Positions 57,201 through 64,000 of a stretch of DNA of 64,000 nucleotides are shown here, piece after piece. Position numbers and translations under genes: made by a program. Source of the DNA: Flavobacteriales bacterium (GTDB lineage Bacteria; Bacteroidota; Bacteroidia; Flavobacteriales_F; PHOS-HE28); NCBI GenBank assembly GCA_016787985.1, contig JAEUTC010000043.1, positions 17,145-81,144 on the forward strand, written 5' to 3'. The notes below the pieces were generated by a model. The model was given only the letters and a program-made list of their open reading frames with translations. It did not search any database and was not told where the DNA came from. Numbering within the stretch: the first letter of the stretch is position 1; every line of letters starts with the position of its first letter.

Positions 57201-58288
57201 CGAACGGCCTGGTCAACACCACGGCCACCGAACTGCTCACCCTGCGTGCTGGCAGCAGCGTATCAGGTGGCAGTGACCTCAGCCATGTGAATGGCCCCAT
57301 GGAGAAGATCGGTAACACGAACTTCACCTTCCCGGTGGGTAAAGGTGGCGACTACCGCCCCTGTGGCGTGAGCAGCATCAGCGGCTCGGTCACCGATGCG
57401 TTCCGGGCGGAGTACTTCCCTCTTTCTGCGGCGGTATGGGGCTCTACTGGAGACCCCACACTACACCATGTGAGCACGTGTGAATATTGGACCATCGACC
57501 GGAGCGTCGGCACACCGAATGCGGTGGTATCCCTCACTTGGGAAGCGCCAGCGAGCTGCGGTGTCACGGACCTGCCGGAGTTGCGCGTGGCCCGGTGGGA
57601 CGATACCGCCTTGCCCGCCCCAGGTACTTGGCGCGATCGCGGGAACGGAGGCGCAGCGGGCACCCTTGCGTCTGGCACCATTCCTACGGCAGCGGTGCAG
57701 AGCTTGTTCAACGCCACCACCACGGCTTGGACCTTGGCGTCCATCACCCAGAGCAACCCACTACCGATCGCACTCCTCGAGTTCAACGCCAAGCCGGAGG
57801 GCAGTGTGGTCCGCGTGGAATGGGCCACGGCCTCCGAGCGGGACAACGCCTTGTTCACGGTGGAACGAAGCCGCGATGGAGTGGCGTTCGAAACGGTGGC
57901 TAATGTGCCCGGTGCAGGTTCGAGCAACACCTTGCAGAGCTACTCGGAGATCGACCCATCACCGATCTCTGGCCTTAGTTACTATCGCCTGCGGCAGACC
58001 GATGTGGACGGTACGAGCACCGTCTCGAACATGGTGGCCGTGATGTTCGGCGCGTTGAGCGAACGACCGTTGGTGGTGTTCGGTGATGGCACGAATTGGA
58101 CCGCAGTGCACGGTTTCTCGGCAGGTAGCACCTATGAGATCGTGGACATGACCGGTAGGCGGATCCTGGGCGGGAACACGCTCATGGATGGTCGCACGGA
58201 CTTCTACGGCTTGGTGCTTTCCCGCGGCGCATATGTCCTGCGCATCACCGATGGTGAGCGCGTGGAAAGCCAGCGCTTCGTGTTTTGA
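54272..58288 (+). CDS. giant (about 1340 aa) secreted Calx-beta-domain adhesin-like protein with a T9SS C-terminal sorting domain
   Basis: Signal peptide from MTMGSTTRAIFLSVLFGLVSLSLHAQ; at least two Calx-beta-like units (...FTIAVNDDALDEGNELISF..., ...FTVNYYDDVMIVEPTEDVTFTI...); a conserved pre-tail module; C-terminal roughly 80-aa sorting tail. Confidence 0.8.
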   Translation: MTMGSTTRAIFLSVLFGLVSLSLHAQQLLDDFNRAADNVVGGGWTETETSSPTGARINSAGQLEMGSTTQGRDYVSQDITGLYGTTFGTNSCLLTWSFFFRQSRTDPSGYALGEYAAAFVLGATTANLNTVSNGYAVVFGQSGSTDPIRLVRFAGGLSGTLTNVITGTGAGADLGAGYYGVRVTYAPATNTWTLYLAVLTAGTFSSTAPAAITTSVGSAANAFYTGTNLPFIGAYWNHATSGTDAAIFDNIHVPQLCIPTVNLTSTAGSAGENVGTVTVNISIFPATLTGGNIVVTVTNGTGVVYGAGNDYTTTPAVVGTDITIPVLAGATTASFTIAVNDDALDEGNELISFALSATTGDLVLGSTLDYEQTIIDNDGPPQINFTTLSQTRLETSGGSVVFNLSISPPAPSAGNVTFSVTPGIGAVCGVGQDYQVQGFACPTPTFTVAILAGATSLSFTVNYYDDVMIVEPTEDVTFTITNTPWGVGGIGAANSGVLFIADNDSPPTVLAAGDILIVGVNANNGACPGGSTGEDFVSFFSFKPIQFGTRIILTDNGYERCTPGLWGNTEGTVEIRRTGPAIPAGQVVTIRITGTSGTGNVIGVAPDANWTCSSLNGGTSLALNVGGDQLFFMQGGTWNTNTVGGNNATYTGTVVYGFSTNPSFPWSQTCPSPAGNQRSNLPPGMNCFSMSPTLASDFNKYIGPLTIASQRDWIIRLDNTANWSTYANCGAYNSALPNWLLSPTLPIAPGTPTPGLWKGSTAPTGTDWFDCKNWDDATVPTPTTNVRIDETANNNCVVGVTAGGNAVCASLVQTNFGTARNLTIQNNSSLAVGGPITVQRTSAGTPIFLTVLGNSTLTATNFTIQGTAANEARFVNEVPGNTVSFSGDLTIGTGGFVDLAGAGVGGTISIAGNYSNAGPTEATLDETFGTLRFNGLGSQSISTSGFQEVMTNLSLNKAGGSLTLNAPVALRGVLTLTNGLVNTTATELLTLRAGSSVSGGSDLSHVNGPMEKIGNTNFTFPVGKGGDYRPCGVSSISGSVTDAFRAEYFPLSAAVWGSTGDPTLHHVSTCEYWTIDRSVGTPNAVVSLTWEAPASCGVTDLPELRVARWDDTALPAPGTWRDRGNGGAAGTLASGTIPTAAVQSLFNATTTAWTLASITQSNPLPIALLEFNAKPEGSVVRVEWATASERDNALFTVERSRDGVAFETVANVPGAGSSNTLQSYSEIDPSPISGLSYYRLRQTDVDGTSTVSNMVAVMFGALSERPLVVFGDGTNWTAVHGFSAGSTYEIVDMTGRRILGGNTLMDGRTDFYGLVLSRGAYVLRITDGERVESQRFVF

Positions 58289-58297
58289 AGCTGTCGG

Positions 58298-59881
58298 TCA
58301 GCAGACCACCAACTTGAAGGTCGGATCCAACGGATCGAGCGTTCGCATCCAGTTGTCCAACGCTGCGAGGCCTTCGGCCGCGAGCTGGGGAAGGATGTTA
58401 TCCCGCCGCTCTTGCAAACCACCGCTAGGGAAGAGCGCTGTTCGCACAGCGGCCAGGCGCCCAAGCGCCACCGTTTGATCTCGTTTGGCTGCGCGAAGCA
58501 GCCCTTTCTCCAGCCGCTCAAGGCCCCGCAGGGCTTGCATACGGCGCGCTTCCACTGCACCCTTCAATGAAGCATCAGCGCGCAAAGCGGTGGACATCAC
58601 GTCCTGGTAGGCTTGGTCGATGGCTGCCCGCTCCACGACAAGATCGGTGCGGAAGGTCGCATCGCGCTTGGCCACCAGCGCCTGTAGCACGATCGGATCA
58701 GTGAAGAGGTCCTTCGGAGCAAGTCCCAGGTCACTCCATTGCAGCATGTGTTTCGCACTGATCGTAGCCGCGCTCGTTCGCAAGAACAGCACGGGCATGG
58801 GTACACGCAAGGCTTGGAAGAGCCAACGCAACTGGATCCAATAGGCCAACTCCCCTCCACCTCCGATGTAGGCGATATTCGGCAGGATGTGCTCTTGATA
58901 GACCGGCCGCAACACCACGTTCGGCGAGAAGTCCTCCGGACGGGTTTCCACCTGAACGAGCAACTCCTCTAATGTCCAGCGTGGGCCGTCATCCAATACC
59001 TGGTAATGATCACCGTGCCGTTCGATGCGTGAGCGATGGCCCTTACGCAAGTGGAAAAGGTTGATCTCGCGCGCGTGGGCTTGTGGGGCGTACCGTTCGC
59101 GCATTTTCTCATTGGCATAGGCCACGGAACGCTCACCCACCTGGTTCACCAGTTCCTCCACCATAACGGGCGCGAACAGGCGCTTCAAGGCTGCATCATC
59201 ACCATCCAGGATCACCAGTCCGTAGTGGCCGAAGAATGCATGGATGAAGTGCCGGGTGGCTTCCGTCAAGGTGCGACCTTCCGTGTACGCTTCGCGCAGG
59301 GCGCTCGCCACCATGGCGCTTTCTGTTCCCGGCCCGAACGCCGCGATGGCCTCTTCCACCTGCGCGGTGATGCCCGTGAGCTTCATGCGGCCCACTGCAC
59401 CACCGGAAGCGCCTGTCCAACGGATGGTCCGGCCATTGATCACCGCGTGATCGATCTCCGCAGCGTCATGATCCTCCGATGCCATCCAGAACACGGGTAC
59501 CACCGGACGACCCAGCAGGACCTCTGCTTCCCGAGCGAGTCGAATGGTATTGAGGATCTTGTAGGGTACGTAGAGTGGCCCGGAGAACAGGCAGAGTTGA
59601 TGGCCGGTGGTAACGGTCAGACACCGTGGATCACGCAGTTTCCGGAGGTTGGCGCGGACCTCGGAATGCAGTTCGAGCGTGCTGTATTGGGCCTCCAGTG
59701 CGTTACAGAGGATGGTACGGAAGCCCGGATCGAAGGTGCGCGCGGCGGCGGCTTGCCGAAGACCGGACGCATCCGGTGGGAGTTCGAGGAATTGGCGCAC
59801 GAACGCATCACCGCTCAAGTGATCCAGTACCGGGGCCGCGAACCTTCCGGTGTCCGCGTAGGCGATCCGCTCCACAGGCAT
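58298..59881 (-). CDS. bshC: bacillithiol biosynthesis cysteine-adding enzyme BshC
   Basis: 527 aa; FWMASEDHD and NIAYIGGGGELAYW match the BshC (YllA) signature blocks FWVAGEDHD and AFIAGPGEINYW. Confidence 0.85.
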   Translation of the reverse strand: MPVERIAYADTGRFAAPVLDHLSGDAFVRQFLELPPDASGLRQAAAARTFDPGFRTILCNALEAQYSTLELHSEVRANLRKLRDPRCLTVTTGHQLCLFSGPLYVPYKILNTIRLAREAEVLLGRPVVPVFWMASEDHDAAEIDHAVINGRTIRWTGASGGAVGRMKLTGITAQVEEAIAAFGPGTESAMVASALREAYTEGRTLTEATRHFIHAFFGHYGLVILDGDDAALKRLFAPVMVEELVNQVGERSVAYANEKMRERYAPQAHAREINLFHLRKGHRSRIERHGDHYQVLDDGPRWTLEELLVQVETRPEDFSPNVVLRPVYQEHILPNIAYIGGGGELAYWIQLRWLFQALRVPMPVLFLRTSAATISAKHMLQWSDLGLAPKDLFTDPIVLQALVAKRDATFRTDLVVERAAIDQAYQDVMSTALRADASLKGAVEARRMQALRGLERLEKGLLRAAKRDQTVALGRLAAVRTALFPSGGLQERRDNILPQLAAEGLAALDNWMRTLDPLDPTFKLVVC

Positions 59882-59955
59882 CAGGGCGCAAAGGTAGCCG
59901 TGTTCATCCGGCGCACATGCACGGCCGTCAGGGCAATCGCCTCTTCATTCTCTGC

Positions 59956-60057
59956 GACCCCGCTGGGGTCGAAGACATTGCTTTTTCGATCTTTTCTAAG
60001 CTCTTTGACCCCTCTGGGGTCAGGACGAAAGGACCTTACCTGACCCCAGAGGGGTCA
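59956..60057. repeat. cluster of three REP-like palindromic units (GACCCC-N3-GGGGTC); the last two form a larger 19-nt-arm inverted repeat
   Basis: gaccccgctggggtc (59956-59970), gacccctctggggtc (60007-60021), gaccccagaggggtc (60042-60056). tgacccctctggggtcagg (60006-60024) is the reverse complement of cctgaccccagaggggtca (60039-60057). Confidence 0.75.
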
Positions 60058-60212
60058 CAGAACATAGCTTTCAACAGTAGCAGATAACATTCGACCCGCC
60101 GTACGGCGGGTCGCAGAGCAGGTCCATCAATTTGCGTTCGAAAGAAGACGCGGGAGCCCTGGCACGACCATCAAGCCACACTTCGTTACATTTCGAGGCC
60201 CTAGTCCCGAAG

Positions 60213-60533
60213 ATGTCCACCGACACTCCGCGTTATACGTCCTTGAAGGAGTTCTTTCCCTTCTACCTGCGCGAGCACCAGCACCCGACCAGTCGGCTTC
60301 TGCACTTCACGGGTACGGCTTTGATCGGTGTGTGGATCGTGCTGGCGTTGGTCACCAGGAACGCTGCATGGCTTTGGATGGTGCCCATCGGAGGTTACGG
60401 CTTCGCTTGGGTGGGCCATGCCTTCTTCGAGCGCAACAAGCCGGCCACCTTCCAATATCCGTTGTACAGTCTGGCGAGTGACTTCATCCTTTTCTGGCGT
60501 CTATTAACGGGGCGCGAACGATTCCGCCCGTGA
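60213..60533 (+). CDS. DUF962 (Mpo1-like) membrane protein
   Basis: About 106 aa from MSTDTPRYTSLKEFFPFYLREHQHPTSRLLHFTGT...; typical DUF962 N-terminal motif. Confidence 0.65.
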   Translation: MSTDTPRYTSLKEFFPFYLREHQHPTSRLLHFTGTALIGVWIVLALVTRNAAWLWMVPIGGYGFAWVGHAFFERNKPATFQYPLYSLASDFILFWRLLTGRERFRP

Positions 60534-60570
60534 GCGACTTTCCCACCCGAACCATCAACACCCGACCACC

Positions 60571-62181
60571 ATGCCGATCAGAATGACCGACGACCGCAAT
60601 GAGCAGCAACCCAGCCGCCGTTCTACTGGAGGGGGTGGCGGTGGCATGAGTGGAGGCGGCGGAGGCATGGGCTCGTTGTTGCCGATGCTCATCGGGCTGC
60701 TGATGAAGAAACCCAAGTTGATGCTCATCGTGCTCGGCATCGGGGCAGTGTTGTACTTCACCGGAGGCCTGAAGGGCTGCCTTGGCGAAGGCGGCGGTGA
60801 TGTGAGCCAACTGCTCAAACTCGCCACGGGTGGCAACATGGACCCAGCGGTCTACGACAAGGCGGAGGTCTTCGAACCCCTCGCGGACAATGTGAACGCT
60901 CCTTTGCCCGAGCGTCATTCGCTGGAGCAGTACGCCCCCAAGCGCCAGAACCAAGGTCAACAGGGCAGCTGCGTGGCATGGGCCAGCGCTTATGCGGCAC
61001 GCACCATCGTACAAGCGGCAGCCACCAAGCAGGATCCGAACAGCACGGCGTTCAGTCCGGCGTTCATGTACAACCAGATCAAGATCGAGAACAGCGATTG
61101 CCAGGGCAGCTACATCCAGCGCGCCATGGACCAGATGAAAGGTGGTGGCGCCCTCCCCTACAGCCAATTCGGGTACACGGACGAGAGTTGTGCCAAGCTG
61201 CCCACCGAAGAGCAGCGCCGCCAGGCTTCGCAGTTCCGGATCAAAGGTTCCCAGCGGCTTTCGAAGAGCGACGATCCCCGCTCCATGGTGGACATGGTGG
61301 CCATGAAACAGCAACTGGCGCAAGGCAGTCCCATCGTCATCGGCATGATGGTGGGCGGCAGCTTCATGCAGGACATGATGGGCCAGGACAAGTGGCTGCC
61401 CACGCAGAGCGACTACGCGATGCGCGGTTTCGGTGGCCATGCCATGTGCGTGATCGGATACGACGACTACAAGTTCCAGAACGAGTACGAGAAGCCGATG
61501 GGAGGCTTCCAGATCATGAACTCGTGGGGACCGGAATGGGGTAAGAACGGGCTGGCGTGGGTGAGTTATGACGACTTCGCCCACTTCACCAAAGAGGCCT
61601 ACGCCGTGTATCCGCAGGGCGAAGGCGTGGATGTGAAGCCGAGCGCGTTCGACATCCGCTTCGGCCTGCCGATCGTGGATGATGCAGGCAAGCCCACAGG
61701 GGAGTACATCGCCTTGAAGCACATGGGCGGCCGCACGTTCAGAACGGAGAAGCCCATCGCCAAAGGCACGCGCTTCAAGGTGGAGATGACCAACAATACC
61801 GAGTGCTACGCTTATTGCTTCGGGCAGGAAGTGGATGGCAGCACCTACGTATTGTTCCCCAACACGCCGAAACACTCCCCTTACTGCGGCATCACCGGCA
61901 CACGCCAGTTCCCGCGCGACCAGAGCATGACGGCCGATGATGTGGGCACCACCGACGTGATGACCATCCTGGTCTACAACCAGGCCATCGACTTCAACAA
62001 GGTGGACGGAGCGTTGAAGACCTCCACGGCCAAAGGAATGGACGCCAAATTGAGCGCAGTGCTCGGCACCGAACTCGCTGAGGCGAGTCTTTTGAACTAT
62101 ACCCAAGGCAAGACTTTTGGCGCCACAGGACCAGCCACTAAAGCGGCCATGGCAGTGGTCTTGGAGATCGAGAAGCGATGA
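60571..62181 (+). CDS. membrane-anchored papain-family (C1) cysteine peptidase with a C-terminal extension
   Basis: 536 aa; Gly-rich low-complexity N-terminus plus a TM helix; the C1 catalytic motifs QGQQGSCVAWAS (Cys), GGHAMCVIGYDD (His) and NSWGPEWGKNG (Asn/Trp). Confidence 0.8.
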   Translation: MPIRMTDDRNEQQPSRRSTGGGGGGMSGGGGGMGSLLPMLIGLLMKKPKLMLIVLGIGAVLYFTGGLKGCLGEGGGDVSQLLKLATGGNMDPAVYDKAEVFEPLADNVNAPLPERHSLEQYAPKRQNQGQQGSCVAWASAYAARTIVQAAATKQDPNSTAFSPAFMYNQIKIENSDCQGSYIQRAMDQMKGGGALPYSQFGYTDESCAKLPTEEQRRQASQFRIKGSQRLSKSDDPRSMVDMVAMKQQLAQGSPIVIGMMVGGSFMQDMMGQDKWLPTQSDYAMRGFGGHAMCVIGYDDYKFQNEYEKPMGGFQIMNSWGPEWGKNGLAWVSYDDFAHFTKEAYAVYPQGEGVDVKPSAFDIRFGLPIVDDAGKPTGEYIALKHMGGRTFRTEKPIAKGTRFKVEMTNNTECYAYCFGQEVDGSTYVLFPNTPKHSPYCGITGTRQFPRDQSMTADDVGTTDVMTILVYNQAIDFNKVDGALKTSTAKGMDAKLSAVLGTELAEASLLNYTQGKTFGATGPATKAAMAVVLEIEKR

Positions 62182-62672
62182 AAAAGGTCCTTTGGATATT
62201 GGCTGCGCTCTTGGTGATCGCCCAATTCGTGCAGCCCGACCGCACCGTGGAGGCCAATGCACCGGAACATGACCTCATCGCCGTGACCGAGCCACCTTCG
62301 GAGGTGAAGGACCTTCTGCGCTCGGCCTGCTACGATTGCCACAGCGACCACACGACCTATCCGTGGTACAGCAGGATAACGCCGATCAACTTCTGGTTGC
62401 AAGACCACATCGAGGAAGGCCGGGCGGAATTCGACATGAGCTCGTGGGGTCGCCGGCGCGCCAAGTGGCAGCGGCATAAGGCCGAAGAGAGCGTGGAGTT
62501 GATCGATCAGGAAGAGATGCCACTACATAGCTACACCTGGGTGCATGGTGAGGCACGGCTAAGCCCGGCTCAACGGCAGGTATTGTCCACCTTCTTCGGC
62601 GCTTTGCGCGATGCCATACCCGCCGAGGTCGGTGCAGGAAATGGCACCGGTGGTGGAAAAGGAAGGCACTAA
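62178..62672 (+). CDS. haem-binding-domain (Haem_bd-like) protein
   Basis: 164 aa; signal peptide; a CYDCHS haem-binding-type motif; ATGA overlap with the peptidase gene. Confidence 0.65.
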   Translation: MKKVLWILAALLVIAQFVQPDRTVEANAPEHDLIAVTEPPSEVKDLLRSACYDCHSDHTTYPWYSRITPINFWLQDHIEEGRAEFDMSSWGRRRAKWQRHKAEESVELIDQEEMPLHSYTWVHGEARLSPAQRQVLSTFFGALRDAIPAEVGAGNGTGGGKGRH

Positions 62673-63982
62673 GCCACCACGGCGCGCAGGTCGTGTTCGT
62701 TCGCCTCGGTGATCCGCACCGTTGCGAAGTCCCCGATCCGCAAGTGCACATCCGCGCTGAAAGGGATGAGCACTTCGTTATCCACCTCGGGGGAGTCGAA
62801 CTCGGTACGAGCGATCCAGTGGCCGTTCTCAGCCTTGTCCACCAATACCTTGTAGGTCTTGCCCACCTTGGCCTGATTCAGTTCCAAACTGATCCCGCCC
62901 TGCAACTCCATGATCTCCTGCGCGCGCTCCTGCTTCACGGCTTCAGGCACATCATCGGCCATGGTGTGGGCGTGGGTATCCTCTTCATGGCTGTAGGTGA
63001 AGGCACCTAGCCGATCGAAACGCATCCGCTCGATCCAGCGCAAACTGTCATCGTGGTCGGCCTGGGTCTCCCCAGGGAATCCGGCGATGAGCGTGGTGCG
63101 GATGGCGATGCCAGGGACCTTATCGCGGATGGTGGCCACCAGGGCCTCGGTCTTCTCCTGCGTGATGCCCCGCCGCATACGTTTCAGCATTTCGGTGCTG
63201 CCGTGTTGCAGGGGCATATCGAGGTAGTTGCACACGTTGGTCCGATCCCGCATCACGTCAAGCACCTCCATGGGGAAGCCACTTGGGAAGGCATAGTGAA
63301 GACGGATCCAGTCGATACCCTCCACATCGCTGAGGCGCGCCACGAGTTCATCCAGGTTGCGCTTCTTGTAGATATCGAGGCCATAGTAGGTGAGGTCCTG
63401 TGCGATGAGGATGAGTTCCTTGACACCTTGCCGCGCCAGACCCTGCGCGTTGGTGACGAGCTGATCCATCGGTGTGCTCACATGCTTGCCGCGCATCAGC
63501 GGGATGGCGCAGAAGCTGCACTTGCGATCACACCCTTCACTGATCTTGAAATAGGCGTAGTGAGCCGGTGTGGTCAGGAGGCGCTCTCCAACAAGCTCCT
63601 TTTTGTAATCGGCCTTCAGGGTCTTCAAGAGCCGGGGCAGATCGCGGGTGCCGAACCATGCGTCCACCTGGGGGATGCCGTCCTTCAACTCGGGGGCGTA
63701 CCGCTGACTTAGGCAGCCGGTGACGTACACCTTCTCCACCAACCCTTGATCCTTGGCCTTCGCGTAACTCAGGATGGTATCGATGCTCTCCTGCTTGGCG
63801 TTGTCGATGAAGCCGCAGGTGTTGATCACCACCACATTGTGCTCTCCGGAATCCGATTCGTGATCCACAGCGATACCATTGGCCTTGAGCTGGGCCATCA
63901 TCACCTCACTATCGAAGGTGTTCTTCGAACAACCGAGCGTGACAACGTTGACCTTGGTAGGCCTGAGCGTGCGGACTTTCAT
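62669..63982 (-). CDS. rimO: ribosomal protein S12 methylthiotransferase RimO
   Basis: 437 aa; MTTase N-terminal domain, radical-SAM CxxxCxxC (CDRKCSFCAIP) and a C-terminal TRAM domain. Confidence 0.9.
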   Translation of the reverse strand: MKVRTLRPTKVNVVTLGCSKNTFDSEVMMAQLKANGIAVDHESDSGEHNVVVINTCGFIDNAKQESIDTILSYAKAKDQGLVEKVYVTGCLSQRYAPELKDGIPQVDAWFGTRDLPRLLKTLKADYKKELVGERLLTTPAHYAYFKISEGCDRKCSFCAIPLMRGKHVSTPMDQLVTNAQGLARQGVKELILIAQDLTYYGLDIYKKRNLDELVARLSDVEGIDWIRLHYAFPSGFPMEVLDVMRDRTNVCNYLDMPLQHGSTEMLKRMRRGITQEKTEALVATIRDKVPGIAIRTTLIAGFPGETQADHDDSLRWIERMRFDRLGAFTYSHEEDTHAHTMADDVPEAVKQERAQEIMELQGGISLELNQAKVGKTYKVLVDKAENGHWIARTEFDSPEVDNEVLIPFSADVHLRIGDFATVRITEANEHDLRAVVA

Positions 63983-64000
63983 TCAGAGGAGCCCGTGGTG

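Noticed and set aside
59036-60043. 335-aa plus-strand ORF
   Set aside because: Antisense to bshC and running into the REP-like intergenic region.
60484-62262. 592-aa minus-strand ORF
   Set aside because: Antisense to the clearly motif-bearing C1 peptidase gene.

Overview
High-GC segment that looks like Bacteroidota chromosome (G+C about 60%+ by eye). Supporting this: four secreted proteins with C-terminal T9SS-type sorting tails, OM beta-barrel proteins ending in Phe, a Bacteroidetes-type TTG/TAnnTTTG promoter, and bshC. Housekeeping genes are pyrD, guaA, smpB, rimO, bshC, an HMG-CoA-lyase-like gene and an ECF sigma factor. A glycan locus runs from about 24.8 to 32.1 kb (hexapeptide acetyltransferase, two GT4 glycosyltransferases, polytopic membrane proteins, a T9SS beta-propeller cargo), and a GT2 and a GT39-like gene sit elsewhere. 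A metal-homeostasis cluster pairs a TonB-dependent receptor, divergently, with an MntR/DtxR-like regulator and a ZIP transporter. Two giant adhesin-like cargo proteins (about 1557 and 1340 aa) share a conserved module just before the sorting tail. The most unusual region is a low-GC islet of about 3.3 kb (roughly 45.65-49.0 kb, about 40-45% G+C by eye) that abuts the 3' end of a tRNA-Val(GAC). It carries a three-gene operon (76 aa, then 531 aa with a central C39/papain-like Cys-His peptidase signature, then 240 aa overlapping by ATGA) driven by a Bacteroidetes-type promoter. None of the three proteins resembles anything I recognise, so this is a candidate new defence/toxin-type module. Other anomalies: a 575-bp low-GC insertion at the 3' end of the acetyltransferase gene flanked by roughly 40-bp direct repeats; a truncated PIN-toxin remnant; tandem OMP paralogues with a conserved TTCAC-N4-GTGAA palindrome next to a Crp/Fnr regulator; a REP-like GACCCC-N3-GGGGTC palindrome family at two loci; a 28-bp-arm inverted repeat; and a non-canonical C33 in the tRNA-Val anticodon loop. 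Many long ORFs in the six-frame track are antisense high-GC artefacts and are rejected.
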